From an uncultured cyanobacterium (lineage in GTDB: Bacteria; Cyanobacteriota; Cyanobacteriia; Cyanobacteriales; CAWCAG01), in contig CAWCAG010000007.1 of the NCBI GenBank assembly GCA_963793425.1, positions 544,001 through 608,000 of the forward strand: a stretch of 64,000 nucleotides of DNA. Reading direction: 5' to 3'. The notes beneath the pieces were generated by a model. That model did not search any database. It was not told the origin of the DNA and saw nothing but the letters and a program-made list of their open reading frames with translations. The position numbers were made by a program, and so were the translations under genes. Below, piece by piece: positions 21,981 through 32,907 of this stretch. How positions within the stretch are numbered: the first letter of the stretch is position 1; every line of letters begins with the position of its first letter.

Positions 21981-23510
21981 TTAGGCGGTTTCTTTTACCC
22001 TAGTAGTTTTGTCACCAAGTTTTTGGAACAAACCCCATTCGACTTGTTCTTCGAGGTCTGCTTCAACACCAGCAAATACGTCGCGGAATAAAGTCCGAGA
22101 ACCGTGCCAAAGGTGACCGAAGAAGAATAACAAGGCGAAGACGGCGTGGCCATAGGTGAACCACCCTCTTGGACTAGTACGGAATACACCGTCAGAGTTT
22201 AGGGTTTCCGTATCAAACTCGAATATTTCTCCTAATTGAGATTTACGAGCGAACTGTTTAACCACTTTGGGGTCTTTAAAAGTTTGACCGGATAAAGAGC
22301 CACCAGCCAAAGACACTGTTACACCAGTCTGTTCAATACTGTATTTAGATTCTGCACGACGGAAAGGAATATCGGCGCGAACTATACCCTCTGAGTCAGT
22401 TAAGACTACCGGGAAGGTTTCAAAGAAGTTAGGCATACGACGAACAGTTAGTTCCCGTCCCTCGCCATCCTTAAAAATAGGATGTCCTGCCCAATCTTGA
22501 GCAATACCGCTTCCTTTATTCATCGCGCCAGTACGGAATAAGCCGCCTTTAGCAGGAGAGTTACCGATGTAATCGTAGAAAGCTAATTTGTCAGGAATAG
22601 AAGCCCAAGCTTCTTGTGCTGTTGCACCATCGGCTAATTCTCCTTGAACTCGCCTTTGAATTTCTTGCTGGAAGTAGCCTTGATCCCATTGATAACGGGT
22701 TGGACCAAATAGTTCCATTGGTGTGGTAGCGTTGCCATACCACATTGTTCCTGCTACGACAAAAGCAGCAAAGAAGACAGCAGCTATACTACTAGATAGT
22801 ACTGTTTCAATGTTACCCATGCGCAGAGCGCGATACAACCTTTCAGGAGGTCGGACGCTGAGGTGGAATAAACCAGCAATAATGCCGACAATTCCTGCGG
22901 CAATATGGTGAGCAACTACACCTCCTGGGTTAAAGGGGTTAAAACCTGCCGGCCCCCATTCTGGTGCTACCGGCTGTACGTGACCTGTCAAACCATAGGG
23001 GTCTGAGATCCACATACCAGGACCAAATAGACCGGTGAGATGAAAGGCTCCAAAACCAAAGCAAAGCAGACCAGACAAAAATAGGTGAATACCAAACATT
23101 TTTGGCAAATCTAAAGCTGGTTCTCCGGTACGAGAATCTCTAAATAATTCTAGATCCCAATATACCCAGTGCCAGCAAGCAGCTAAGAATAAAAGACCAG
23201 AAAGAACAATATGGGCCAGGGCTACGCCTTCAAATGACCAGAAGCCAGGGTCTGTACCGATATCTCCGGTGATATTCCAACCACCCCAAGAGCCGGTTAC
23301 GCCTAAGCGTGCCATGAAGGGCAAAACAAACATACCTTGCCGCCACATGGGATTTAAAACGGGATCACTAGGATCAAAAATTGCTAGCTCATAAAGAGCC
23401 ATAGAACCTGCCCATCCTGCTACTAAAGCAGTGTGCATCAGGTGTACAGCAATGAGCCGTCCTGGGTCGTTCAGGACGACTGTATGCACTCTATACCAAG
23501 GTAGTCCCAT
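21981..23510 (-). CDS. psbB: Photosystem II CP47 protein
   Basis: [19 protein letters not shown] start; full length 509 aa. Confidence 0.99.
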   Translation of the reverse strand: MGLPWYRVHTVVLNDPGRLIAVHLMHTALVAGWAGSMALYELAIFDPSDPVLNPMWRQGMFVLPFMARLGVTGSWGGWNITGDIGTDPGFWSFEGVALAHIVLSGLLFLAACWHWVYWDLELFRDSRTGEPALDLPKMFGIHLFLSGLLCFGFGAFHLTGLFGPGMWISDPYGLTGHVQPVAPEWGPAGFNPFNPGGVVAHHIAAGIVGIIAGLFHLSVRPPERLYRALRMGNIETVLSSSIAAVFFAAFVVAGTMWYGNATTPMELFGPTRYQWDQGYFQQEIQRRVQGELADGATAQEAWASIPDKLAFYDYIGNSPAKGGLFRTGAMNKGSGIAQDWAGHPIFKDGEGRELTVRRMPNFFETFPVVLTDSEGIVRADIPFRRAESKYSIEQTGVTVSLAGGSLSGQTFKDPKVVKQFARKSQLGEIFEFDTETLNSDGVFRTSPRGWFTYGHAVFALLFFFGHLWHGSRTLFRDVFAGVEADLEEQVEWGLFQKLGDKTTRVKETA

Positions 23511-23813
23511 AGACTACGCTCCTCCTCTTGAGAATAAATGTCTACTTCTACTCTTCTTTTCTTAATTCGGTATTAGATTTTGTCATAATTACAGCCTTTG
23601 CAGAACCGCAATATTAAGGGTTCTTTAACGGCTAAATCAATCTAGACAAAAGTTTCTCTCGAAACTGAAGATTATTTAAAGAAGTGTAACTATTGTTAGA
23701 GTCGATTGCAAGACTAAAACAGTTTACTAGGGGGAATTGGTGGCTGAAGACAAGGCAAATTATGAAAGTACAGATAAATTAAGTACTTAAATCTTTACTA
23801 ATCTTTACTGTTC

Positions 23814-24140
23814 TCAATCAATTGCTAGTTGTTGAGAGTTAAGTATCGTATTTGCTTTGCTTAAGCGTTCGATGGCTATATCCGCAGTGATTAAACGCCT
23901 TAATACCACCTGACCAATAGTTTGAGTCAGAGTAGCAGCCGTAGTAACACTAGGTTTGATTTCTACCATCAAAACAGCTTCTTCTACTTGATAAAGCCAC
24001 AACTTTTCTCCCTGCTCTAAAATACAGAGATTTAAACAGTTTATTTGCGGTTGGCGCTGCCAGGAATTAGCGTTCCAAAGTCCCCCAAATTCCCAAACTC
24101 TACCAACTATCCAACCATCAGCTAAAAAAAAGTATTTCAC
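23814..24140 (-). CDS. Conserved cyanobacterial hypothetical protein
   Basis: MKYFFL..GW..GRVWE ORF, GTG start, co-oriented with cdsA. Confidence 0.7.
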   Translation of the reverse strand: MKYFFLADGWIVGRVWEFGGLWNANSWQRQPQINCLNLCILEQGEKLWLYQVEEAVLMVEIKPSVTTAATLTQTIGQVVLRRLITADIAIERLSKANTILNSQQLAID

Positions 24141-24244
24141 TCTTGATTTGCGACAAGATTATTTTGGCGGCAAATTTCCTTGTTTAGTATAGTCGGGGAT
24201 TTCCCATAAACGCTAGTTTTATTTAAGGCTAATGCTGTGTCAAA

Positions 24245-25141
24245 TTATTTAAGAAGAGGCAACAAGACTGTTACAAAGTAATAAACTAGGGGTGCTGTAA
24301 AAACATAGCTGTCAGTACGGTCGAGAATGCCTCCGTGACCAGGAATTATTTGACCAGAATCTTTTACTCCCGCATCTCTTTTCATCATGGACTCAGTTAA
24401 GTCTCCGAGCAAACTAGCTACTCCAATCAAAAGCCCGAACACAAGCCCTGTTAATTGCCACCAAGGCCAGTTTAAATACCAAGCCCCCACTTCTGCTAAA
24501 ATAACGCTGCCAGTAAACCCGAATAAAGCACCTTCTACGGTTTTTTTGGGGCTAATATGAGAAAGTTTAGTGCGTCCTAGAAATTTGCCCATAGTATAAG
24601 CACCAATGTCAGCGGCCCAAATACAACCGAAGGCAAGTAGGGTAATGGTTAAAGCTTTGGGGAAAGTATTGAAGTCTGTCCAAGATTCAGGCCAATAAGC
24701 ATTTAAAGATAAGTTGGTTATTTTTGGGCTGCTTTGAGCATAAGCAGAGGAAGATACCTCAGCCAAATTAACCCTTAATCTAATCCAGTAGCTAGGCAAA
24801 AAGCCGCCATAAAACAGCCCTAATATGGAAGTTGAAATGTCAGCGATGCTGGCCATTTTAGGCTGGAATAGTAGGTAAAAGCAGATGAAGGTTCCAGCAA
24901 TAGGGAACATGGCATCAGTTAAAGAAGGGGTAACTATAGCCGTAATTAACAATAATTGCGAAACCACTAAAGTCGTTTTCCCTGCTGGAGCAATTCCTTT
25001 GGCTCTTACTAGTCGGAAATACTCTAGTTGCCCCAAAAGAACAATGACACCCAAACCGACAGTAAAGTACCATCCTCCAAAAACTATCATCCCTACAGCC
25101 AGAGCGATGGCAACAATTCCACTGAAGATTCTAGACCACAT
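24245..25141 (-). CDS. cdsA: Phosphatidate cytidylyltransferase
   Basis: ISPKKTVEG and GDLTESMMKRDAGVKDSG..IPGHGGILDR motifs. Confidence 0.95.
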   Translation of the reverse strand: MWSRIFSGIVAIALAVGMIVFGGWYFTVGLGVIVLLGQLEYFRLVRAKGIAPAGKTTLVVSQLLLITAIVTPSLTDAMFPIAGTFICFYLLFQPKMASIADISTSILGLFYGGFLPSYWIRLRVNLAEVSSSAYAQSSPKITNLSLNAYWPESWTDFNTFPKALTITLLAFGCIWAADIGAYTMGKFLGRTKLSHISPKKTVEGALFGFTGSVILAEVGAWYLNWPWWQLTGLVFGLLIGVASLLGDLTESMMKRDAGVKDSGQIIPGHGGILDRTDSYVFTAPLVYYFVTVLLPLLK

Positions 25142-25346
25142 AAGACAGACCCGCTTTTTGATAGATAGCGAAGGATAGCAGTAAGCAACTAGGTTAACAA
25201 AACCTTATGAAAGGTTAACAAAATACTCACTACACAGTTTATATCTTGGCTACCAAGAAAAAGCTAGGAGGCATCAACCCAACTGCTTAGCTTACCATGT
25301 AAACTTTTTATTCAATTGGCGCTCCCGCTCCTACACTTGTAAGAAT

Positions 25347-25937
25347 CTACAATTTCTCTCCACTCAAAATAAATATTGGACTTACAGCAGCAAAGACTTG
25401 CTGTATTCCCCGTGTTTCTAAACGGTTAACGGCTGATTGAACTACTTCTACATTACGAGCTTGTAATTCAGCTAAGCCTTCGGAAATTGTGTAGAGATTT
25501 TCTAGGTTACTGGCTATAGCAACCACTCGCCCTTGGGAAGGTAAATATTCCCACACAGACTTAAGAAGTTCTTTGACAGGTCTTCCTCCCTCAATACAGA
25601 TGCGCTGGGGAGGAAGACTCAGATGTTCTAAACATTCTGGAGCGCTGCCTTCAATTACTTCTACATTTTTGACCCCAAAGTGCGTACAGTTACGGCGAAT
25701 CAGTTTGGCAACATCTTCGTCTCTTTCTACAGCAATGATTTTGCTACTGGGGCAGAGTAAACCCATTTCTATGGGAATTGTACCTGTACCTGCGCCAATA
25801 TCCCACAGCACTGAGTTAGATTCCATCCGTAGGTAGGAGATAATTAATAATCTAACTTCGCGCTTACTGAGGGGAATACCAGGCAAGCGCTCGAATAGAT
25901 GATCGGGGATACCAGGGGTTGCGTAGGGCCAAATCAT
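25347..25937 (-). CDS. cbiT: Precorrin-6B C15-methyltransferase (decarboxylating)
   Basis: PGIPD..F, SKREVR and WDIGAGTG motifs. Confidence 0.92.
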   Translation of the reverse strand: MIWPYATPGIPDHLFERLPGIPLSKREVRLLIISYLRMESNSVLWDIGAGTGTIPIEMGLLCPSSKIIAVERDEDVAKLIRRNCTHFGVKNVEVIEGSAPECLEHLSLPPQRICIEGGRPVKELLKSVWEYLPSQGRVVAIASNLENLYTISEGLAELQARNVEVVQSAVNRLETRGIQQVFAAVSPIFILSGEKL

Positions 25938-25968
25938 AAAGTTTTAAGGTCACAATACTAAAATCACT

Positions 25969-27435
25969 TTAATGGACAACCCTGATAGTTTTCAGACTAG
26001 TATCGCTACAACCTGTAATACTTCCTCCTGCTGCTAGGATTTTTTGCAGGAAATTGAGGGCAGAAGCAGAAATTTTTTCTCCAGGCATTAAAATAGGAAT
26101 TCCCGGAGGGTAAGGACAAATAATTTCTGCACTGATGCGGTCAACGGTTTGCTCTATAGGAAGGGTTGCGCTTGGGGCAAAGAAGGCTTCACGAGGGGAA
26201 ATTTGATTATTGCTAATAAACAGGGGCTGAGGGAGAGTGGGTAAAGGAATGTTTGGAGCGCGATCGCCGTATTTTGCAGTTAGAGTAGCAAAGCCTTGAA
26301 CTAATTTTTCAATATCTGCTTTGGTGTTACCCAGAGAAATAATAAAGGTTAGATTCTGTAACATGGGTAACTCGGCTGTTACCCCTAATTGTTGGTGGAG
26401 AATTTCGTCAGCGGCGAAGCCGTTAAGTCCTAATTGAGAGATCCCTACTGTTAGCCGGGTTAAATCTAAGTCAAGGAAGCCTGGTATTGGTTTAGTCGGT
26501 TTTTTGAGTATTGTTAATTTCCCTAGTTGGCTGAGGCTATTTATGGCTCTAGAAGACAGCTTGAGGGTTTGTTCCAGTAATTCTTTTCCTTGGGTCGCAA
26601 TTTGCCCTCTAGCGGCATCAAGAGAAGCTAAAAGTAAATAACTGGGGCTTGTGGATTGTAGTAGTTGAAGACTTTTAGTCAGCTTTTGTCGATCTATCCT
26701 CGAACCTTGGACGTGTAACATAGAAGCTTGGGTCATTGCCCCAATAACTTTGTGACTAGACTGTACGGTTAAATCTGCACCAGCAGCGAGGGCGGAGGTT
26801 GGTAAGTCTGGGTGGAAAGAAAAGTGGGGTCCGTGGGCTTCGTCTACAAGGAGGGGGATGCTATGTTGATGAGCAATGGCAGCAATAGCAGCTATATCGC
26901 CGCAGATGCCTTGATAAGTTGGATAGACGAGCATTATGGCTTTAGTCTTTGGATGCTCTTTTAAAGCCTCTCTAACTGCCTCTGGAGTAATGCAGTAGGT
27001 TAGATCCTGTTGGCGGTTATAGGGGGGGTCAAGAAAAACAGGAATAGCCCCAGAAAAAACTAAACCGGCAATCGCCGATTGATGAACGTTGCGGGGCAAA
27101 ATTATTTTATCTCCCTCACCACAGGTAGCGAGAATGGCAGATTCTACACCACAAGTAGAGCCGTTAACCAAAAACCAAGTTTGTTCTGCACCGAAAGCTT
27201 GTGCTGCCAGCTCCTGAGCTGCTTTAATGGTAGTCTCAGGAGCAAAAAGATTGTCTAACTCTGGTAATTCAGGTAAATCAGCTTTGAAGACAGCATCTCC
27301 TAGCAAATTAGCTAATCTTTTCGGTATGCCTTGACCTCGCTTGTGTCCTGGGGCATAAAAAGCGGCATCAGGTTGATTGGCTAAGGTTTTGAGGGTATCC
27401 AGTAAAGGGGTTTCACCTTGAGAATGAGAAGACAT
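25969..27435 (-). CDS. Orn/Lys/Arg decarboxylase family PLP enzyme (ATG 27435 preferred over GTG 27495)
   Basis: PGHK, FLVNGST, DEAHG, QSSHK, TSPSY and PYPPGIP motifs. Confidence 0.9.
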   Translation of the reverse strand: MSSHSQGETPLLDTLKTLANQPDAAFYAPGHKRGQGIPKRLANLLGDAVFKADLPELPELDNLFAPETTIKAAQELAAQAFGAEQTWFLVNGSTCGVESAILATCGEGDKIILPRNVHQSAIAGLVFSGAIPVFLDPPYNRQQDLTYCITPEAVREALKEHPKTKAIMLVYPTYQGICGDIAAIAAIAHQHSIPLLVDEAHGPHFSFHPDLPTSALAAGADLTVQSSHKVIGAMTQASMLHVQGSRIDRQKLTKSLQLLQSTSPSYLLLASLDAARGQIATQGKELLEQTLKLSSRAINSLSQLGKLTILKKPTKPIPGFLDLDLTRLTVGISQLGLNGFAADEILHQQLGVTAELPMLQNLTFIISLGNTKADIEKLVQGFATLTAKYGDRAPNIPLPTLPQPLFISNNQISPREAFFAPSATLPIEQTVDRISAEIICPYPPGIPILMPGEKISASALNFLQKILAAGGSITGCSDTSLKTIRVVH

Positions 27436-27540
27436 AGATACCAAAAAGTAAGAAGATGTTGCTAAAGTATTTGACTGGTGAGGTATTAAGTGCAAGCTTA
27501 GCGATCGCCAATTAAACCTAATTAATTATTTTAAATTACT

Positions 27541-28632
27541 ATGTTGAAAGCTGGAATTGTTGGTCTGCCTAATGTTGGCAAGTCTACTTTGTTTAATGCT
27601 TTGGTGGCTAATGCCAAAGCTGAAGCAGCTAATTTTCCTTTTTGCACCATTAAACCTAACTTTGGAATAGTATCTGTACCAGACCAAAGGTTGGAGGTTT
27701 TAGCAAAAATTTCTACTTCAAAACAAATTGTTCCTACACGGATGGAATTTGTTGATATTGCTGGTTTGGTTAAAGGTGCTAGTAAGAATGAAGGATTAGG
27801 AAATCAATTCCTTGGTAATATTCGAGAAGTTGACGCGATCGTTCATGTAGTGCGCTGTTTTGATAGCGAAGACATTATTCACGTTTCTGGTTCGGTTGAT
27901 CCTGTTCGGGATATTGAAGTGATTAATTTAGAACTTGCTTTAGCTGATTTAACTCAAGTTGAGAATCGCCTAGAAAGAATACGTAAGCAAGCTCGTGCCA
28001 ATAAAGATGCTCAAGTAGAATTAGAGTTATTACAAAAGTTGGCTACCGCTTTGGACAAGGGGCAAATAGTACGAAAGATAGATTTAACGGAAGATGAGAC
28101 AGCGATAATTAAACCTTTAGGTTTATTGACCAATAAGCCAGTTATTTACGGCGCTAATGTTTCTGAAGATGATTTAGCTACTGGTAATGATTGGGTGGAA
28201 AGAGTTAAGGAAGTTGCGGCCAAAGAAGAGGCGAAAGTTGTGATTATTTCTGCTCAAGTAGAATCAGAATTAATTGAATTACCCGAAGAAGAGAGGGGAG
28301 ACTTTTTAGAGGCCCTAGGAGTGGAAGAGGGAGGCTTAAAATCTTTGATTGCTGCTACCTACGAACTTTTGGGACTGCGTACTTATTTAACCACTGGCCC
28401 TGAAGAAACCCGTGCTTGGACTATCCAAGGAGGTATGAAAGCACCTCAAGCGGCTGGGGTAATTCATACAGATTTTGAGCGTGGTTTTATTCGGGCCGAA
28501 ACTGTTAGTTACCAAAACCTAGTGGAAGCAGGTTCACTCAACGCGGCAAAGGAAAAGGGGTTAGTTCGCAGTGAAGGAAAAGAGTATGTTGTCCAAGAAG
28601 GAGATGTGATGGAATTCCGGTTCAATGTTTAG
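27541..28632 (+). CDS. ychF: Redox-regulated ATPase YchF
   Basis: GIVGLPNVGKSTLFN, DIAGLV and TGS-domain C-terminus. Confidence 0.97.
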   Translation: MLKAGIVGLPNVGKSTLFNALVANAKAEAANFPFCTIKPNFGIVSVPDQRLEVLAKISTSKQIVPTRMEFVDIAGLVKGASKNEGLGNQFLGNIREVDAIVHVVRCFDSEDIIHVSGSVDPVRDIEVINLELALADLTQVENRLERIRKQARANKDAQVELELLQKLATALDKGQIVRKIDLTEDETAIIKPLGLLTNKPVIYGANVSEDDLATGNDWVERVKEVAAKEEAKVVIISAQVESELIELPEEERGDFLEALGVEEGGLKSLIAATYELLGLRTYLTTGPEETRAWTIQGGMKAPQAAGVIHTDFERGFIRAETVSYQNLVEAGSLNAAKEKGLVRSEGKEYVVQEGDVMEFRFNV

Positions 28633-28647
28633 TAATCAAGCAAAAAA

Positions 28648-28688
28648 ACTGGAATATCAAAAAGTTAAGTTCTTAAATATTCCAGTTA
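28648..28688. terminator. Hairpin between convergent ychF and DUF1816 genes
   Basis: AACTGGAATAT ... ATATTCCAGTT inverted repeat. Confidence 0.5.
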
Positions 28689-28704
28689 ATATGAATTGCT
28701 TCCC

Positions 28705-28989
28705 CTAAGAAATCTGACCACTGAGACTGGGGATTTGCTCAAGGTCTCTAGACTCCCCCAGTTCATCATAAATTGTTAGCTTACTAGGATTACAACGTTT
28801 GACGGAAACTACAATTCCTTGAGCATTTTCACTTTTCAAATCTTCTAGGTAGCCAGCTTGAGCATTTTGAGCTTCTTGTTTGCTGGTAAAAGGTCCGAAA
28901 TAATAAGTACATTTAGGGGTTTCGGTAGTAATTTCTATCCAAACCGCTGCACCAACTAGCTGTAACAGATTAGTTAAAAAATCTTTCAT
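28705..28989 (-). CDS. DUF1816 family protein
   Basis: W.EI.T..P.CTYYFGPF....A....GY.EDL..E. Confidence 0.85.
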   Translation of the reverse strand: MKDFLTNLLQLVGAAVWIEITTETPKCTYYFGPFTSKQEAQNAQAGYLEDLKSENAQGIVVSVKRCNPSKLTIYDELGESRDLEQIPSLSGQIS

Positions 28990-29041
28990 CAGTTTTTTTC
29001 GTAGTATAGCAGGACTAAAGTAAAGTTATTTTTACACTTGT

Positions 29042-30025
29042 TTATACTATGTTGTTCTGATTTGTCAAAGTTTCCTGAGAAAACATTTTCAGATCCAGTT
29101 TTTCTGATTGCCGTTGCCGATACACTTCATACAAGGCAATGGCAGTAGCAACAGAAGCATTCAAGCTTGGTGTTTTGCCACTAAGGGGGATAGAGACTAA
29201 GAAGTCGCAACAGCGCTCTGTCAAAAGATTTAGCCCATCTCCTTCCGAACCTACTACTAAACCTACAGGGCCTTTAAACTCGACGGTGTTTAGAGGCTTG
29301 TGGTTTTGAGATACAGTACCATAAATCCAGAAATTCGCTGCTTTTAATTCTTCTAAAGCTCGACGGAGATTGACAACCCTAGCTACAGGGAAATTTTCTA
29401 AAGCACCAGCAGCCACTTTCATCACCGTAGAGGTGATTCCAGCACAGCGTCTCTGGGGCATAATCAAGCCCTGAGTTCCTAATGCTTCTGCTGTACGGAT
29501 AATAGCTCCCAAATTATGGGGATCGTTGATCCCATCAGCAATCACAAGCACGGGATCTTCTTTAAGCAGCTTTGCTTGTTCAATCAATGCCCCTAAATCC
29601 CAGTAGGAATAAGGAGCAACTTGAGCAGCTACTCCTTGATGATTAGCTCCTTTGGTAATCTGGTTTAAGCGTCGGGGATCAACTTCATCAATAATAGAAC
29701 CATTAGCTTTAGCTTCAATAAGTAAGGAGTGGAAGCGGTTACTATAGCGTAGTTTGGAAGTTACCCAAATTCGATTAATTTGCCGCTTTCCTTCTAATAC
29801 AGCCAAAACAGCATGACAGCCGTAAACTAGATCGTTGTCCTCTTGTTCTAAAGGATTAGAAATAGATTCAGTAGATTGAGAGGTTTGTATTTTTAAGGGT
29901 TTGCCCTGGCTATCCCCCTCAAATTTTCTCTGAGAAACGGCTTTGATTTTAACTCTTTTTTTAGTTAAAGGGCGATTAGGATTAGGGTTTTTGCTCCCCT
30001 TGAAGTTGTGATTTTGGTTAGCCAT
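29042..30025 (-). CDS. rlmB: 23S rRNA (Gm2251) methyltransferase
   Basis: [21 protein letters not shown] and SLNASVA SPOUT motifs. Confidence 0.92.
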   Translation of the reverse strand: MANQNHNFKGSKNPNPNRPLTKKRVKIKAVSQRKFEGDSQGKPLKIQTSQSTESISNPLEQEDNDLVYGCHAVLAVLEGKRQINRIWVTSKLRYSNRFHSLLIEAKANGSIIDEVDPRRLNQITKGANHQGVAAQVAPYSYWDLGALIEQAKLLKEDPVLVIADGINDPHNLGAIIRTAEALGTQGLIMPQRRCAGITSTVMKVAAGALENFPVARVVNLRRALEELKAANFWIYGTVSQNHKPLNTVEFKGPVGLVVGSEGDGLNLLTERCCDFLVSIPLSGKTPSLNASVATAIALYEVYRQRQSEKLDLKMFSQETLTNQNNIV

Positions 30026-30057
30026 ATGTCATCGATGTTTAACATTACTCTGGTCAA

Positions 30058-30519
30058 TTAGTTGATTACCAACTTTGCTAGCAACTCATTTAACCTTTGG
30101 GGATCACTGATATAGAGATAACCAATGAGAGTTTCTAAAGCCGTTGCTTGTTGATAAATATCTGGAGAAAGGCGGCGAGGACTTTTGCTACTAGCATTTC
30201 TACCTCGACGAACAATTTCTAATTCAAATTTAGTAAGATAGGGGATGAGCGATCGCAGTTGATTCGCTTGAGTTTCTGCTCTAACTTGGGTGACAACTTT
30301 TTGATGATAAGTAGAAAGACGTTTAGGAGGCAGAAGATAGTGGGTGCGTATATAAAGCTCATAAACAGCATCTCCTAGATAAGCTAAAGATGCCGGAGAA
30401 AGGCGCTCAACTGGAACAGAATCACCGATAAATCTACTCCGTAAACTGGTTTCTACTCTTGGTAAGTTTGAGCCAGTTAGGGGGAAATCAAAATTATCTG
30501 GCTCCTTGGGTGGATTCAC
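30058..30519 (-). CDS. mrnC: Mini-ribonuclease III
   Basis: LAYLGDAVYELYIR, RRGRN and ATALETLIGYLY motifs. Confidence 0.9.
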   Translation of the reverse strand: MNPPKEPDNFDFPLTGSNLPRVETSLRSRFIGDSVPVERLSPASLAYLGDAVYELYIRTHYLLPPKRLSTYHQKVVTQVRAETQANQLRSLIPYLTKFELEIVRRGRNASSKSPRRLSPDIYQQATALETLIGYLYISDPQRLNELLAKLVIN

Positions 30520-30640
30520 ACTTTAAGCTTGCAGAATTATCTGTCCTCGTTAATTGTAGATGAAAACAAATAAAAAACAAGCTACCGGGCTAGTATAACC
30601 TCATAGCTTGCAAAATAATTGAACTGTAAACTGCAACTTT

Positions 30641-31015
30641 TTAAGAACCCTTAACATTGTCTAAAGCAATTTGCACAGAAGGCTGCATAGAAAGAAACTT
30701 TTCTAAACGAACTAGTTTCACTGTTTGAGTCACCCGGGCATTAGTGACAATTTGCAGAGTTCCCCCGGCTGTTTGGGCTTTTTTCACCAGTTGTACTAAA
30801 GCACCCAACCCAGAACTATCTACGAAATCAATTTGAGCAAGGTCTAAAATGACATTACTCGGTCCTTCGTCAATACAGTTACTAAGTACTCTCCGAAATG
30901 TAGGTTCGGAAAAGGCATCTAACAGTCCAGTAAGACGAAATATTTGGCAGTTTTCTTTTTCCTTGACCTCGCGAGTGCCCCTCAAGCTGACTGTCAAGGT
31001 TAGTGGCTCAGGAAT
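30641..31015 (-). CDS. STAS-domain anti-sigma factor antagonist (probable ATT start at 31015)
   Basis: LDLAQIDFVDSSGLGALV; AGGAGG 5 nt upstream of an in-frame ATT. Confidence 0.85.
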   Translation of the reverse strand: MPEPLTLTVSLRGTREVKEKENCQIFRLTGLLDAFSEPTFRRVLSNCIDEGPSNVILDLAQIDFVDSSGLGALVQLVKKAQTAGGTLQIVTNARVTQTVKLVRLEKFLSMQPSVQIALDNVKGS

Positions 31016-31098
31016 AACTTCCTCCTAACATTTTGTAGCGTCGTAAGATCAATGTAATAGTATATAGCTAAATCGGCATTTTTAAAACAGAGATTTTT

Positions 31099-32241
31099 TT
31101 ATTTCCCTTTTTGTCGCATCAATTTAACAAACTCCTCAAATAAATAATCGGCATCATGGGGGCCAGGACTAGCTTCAGGATGATACTGCACAGAAAAGAA
31201 AGGTAGTTTTTTGTGACGCAATCCTGCTACTGTACTGTCGTTAAGATTAAGATGAGTGATTTCTACTTCAGCATTTAAAGAATCTGCTTCAACGGCAAAA
31301 CCGTGGTTTTGGCTAGTGATTTCCACCCTTTGTTCCAAACCCGCAGGCTGATTTAAACCTCGATGCCCAAACTTAAGCTTAAAAGTATCACCCCCAAGGG
31401 AAAGGCCTAGTATTTGATGCCCCATACAAATGCCAAACAAAGGTTTATCACCTTTCAGCAAAGCTTTGGTGGTTTCAATACCTTCAGTGTTAGCAGAAGG
31501 ATCTCCTGGACCGTTAGAAAGAAAAATGCCATCGGGATTGTGTTTCAGAATTTCTTCTGGTGGAGTGTCGGCTGGTACAACCACAACTCGACAGCCATAG
31601 CTAGCTAAGCGCTTCAGAATATTTCGCTTGACCCCAAAATCCAGGGCTACCACAGTTAGGGGTTTTCCTTGCTCTGAGATGGTTTCACTACCATAGTACC
31701 AATTAGGTTCTGTAACCTCAGACCATTCGTAAACTTCTTTAGTTGTTACTTCCTTAACCAAATTCAAGCCTGCCATAGTCGGAGCAGCTTTTACTTGTCG
31801 AAGTAACTTTTCAGGATCAAGAATTTCTGTGGAGATTCCCCCATTCATGGCTCCTAGAGAGCGAATTTTCCTGGTTAAGGCACGAGTATCAAGACCGTAG
31901 ATACCAGGTATATGATTCTCTGAGAGGTAATCTGGTAAAGATTGTGTCGCTCGCCAATTACTGGGGCGACGAGAAATGTTGCGGGCGATCACTCCCTTAA
32001 CATGAGGACGAGAGGATTCTTCATCTTCAGGATTAACTCCTGTATTACCCAATTCTGGGTAAGTAAAAATGACAATTTGACCGCAGTAACTAGGATCAGT
32101 TAAAACTTCCTGATATCCTGTCATGCCTGTATTAAAAACGACCTCTCCAATGGCAGTATGAAGAGAACCAAAAGACCAACCCTGATAAAAACTGCCGTCA
32201 GCAAGCACTAATAAAGCTGGTTGAGCATCGGCGATAGGCAT
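31099..32241 (-). CDS. carA: Carbamoyl-phosphate synthase small subunit
   Basis: [28 protein letters not shown] and [12 protein letters not shown] motifs. Confidence 0.97.
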   Translation of the reverse strand: MPIADAQPALLVLADGSFYQGWSFGSLHTAIGEVVFNTGMTGYQEVLTDPSYCGQIVIFTYPELGNTGVNPEDEESSRPHVKGVIARNISRRPSNWRATQSLPDYLSENHIPGIYGLDTRALTRKIRSLGAMNGGISTEILDPEKLLRQVKAAPTMAGLNLVKEVTTKEVYEWSEVTEPNWYYGSETISEQGKPLTVVALDFGVKRNILKRLASYGCRVVVVPADTPPEEILKHNPDGIFLSNGPGDPSANTEGIETTKALLKGDKPLFGICMGHQILGLSLGGDTFKLKFGHRGLNQPAGLEQRVEITSQNHGFAVEADSLNAEVEITHLNLNDSTVAGLRHKKLPFFSVQYHPEASPGPHDADYLFEEFVKLMRQKGK

Positions 32242-32363
32242 AATTAAAGTTTCTCCACCCTTGTTGCTAATTATTTATCGTCTGAAGGGCATGGTAGCTG
32301 TGTATTAACCCTATTGTCTAGTAGAAAAGCTTTAATCATAGAAAAACTGGGCATACTGTTTAT

Positions 32364-32880
32364 CAAAACGAAAAAAGGTTTAAAACCCCGCCGTTTTAGG
32401 GCGGATTAGTTGGTCTTCTCAGGTATAATAAACATGATTCGCGAATAGCAGCTATTGCAGCCAACATGAAAGCCAGATACAGATACAGATTTTACCCAAC
32501 AAATGAGCAGAAAGCGGATGCGACCCCGCGTCGGCGAAAGACGCAAGGGAACGCGCACCAAGCAAGAACTCTCTATTCGAGAATGGACTTGCTTAAATTG
32601 TGGTGCAGTTCATGACAGAGATGTTAACGCTGCTGTAAATATAAGAGGTGCGCTTAGCCTAACGGCAACGCTCCGCGACCCAACCGCAGTTTAACTACGG
32701 TTGGGTCGCACCTCAAAGTCGCGGAGGGACACCCTGAGACTCTAAACGGACGTAGAGGCAGGTGTAAGACTACTACTGTAGCAGCAGCCTATGAAACGTC
32801 AACCCACTTAGAACCTGTTCAACTTTCGTTGTTTGGGTAGATGAGGAATCCCCGTCTCTCTAGAGCGGGGAGGATGTCAA
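32364..32880 (+). mobile_element. tnpB: Non-autonomous IS200/IS605-family element with internally deleted tnpB
   Basis: Left hairpin CCGCC-gtttta-GGGCGG; TnpB N-terminus [12 protein letters not shown] (32466); C-terminal [22 protein letters not shown] and ...QLSLFG*; right hairpin CCCCG-tctctctagag-CGGGG ending in TCAA. Confidence 0.88.
32645..32714. repeat. Nested palindromic short dispersed repeat inserted in the tnpB remnant
   Basis: GAGGTGCG...CGCACCTC arms enclosing GCGA-CCCAACCG...CGGTTGGG-TCGC. Confidence 0.7.
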
Positions 32881-32907
32881 GAATATACTGATGTATCTAA
32901 GCTGAAA

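Noticed and set aside
32503..32694. 63-aa ORF containing a TnpB zinc-finger half
   Set aside because: Chimera of repeat insertions and a tnpB fragment, not an independent gene
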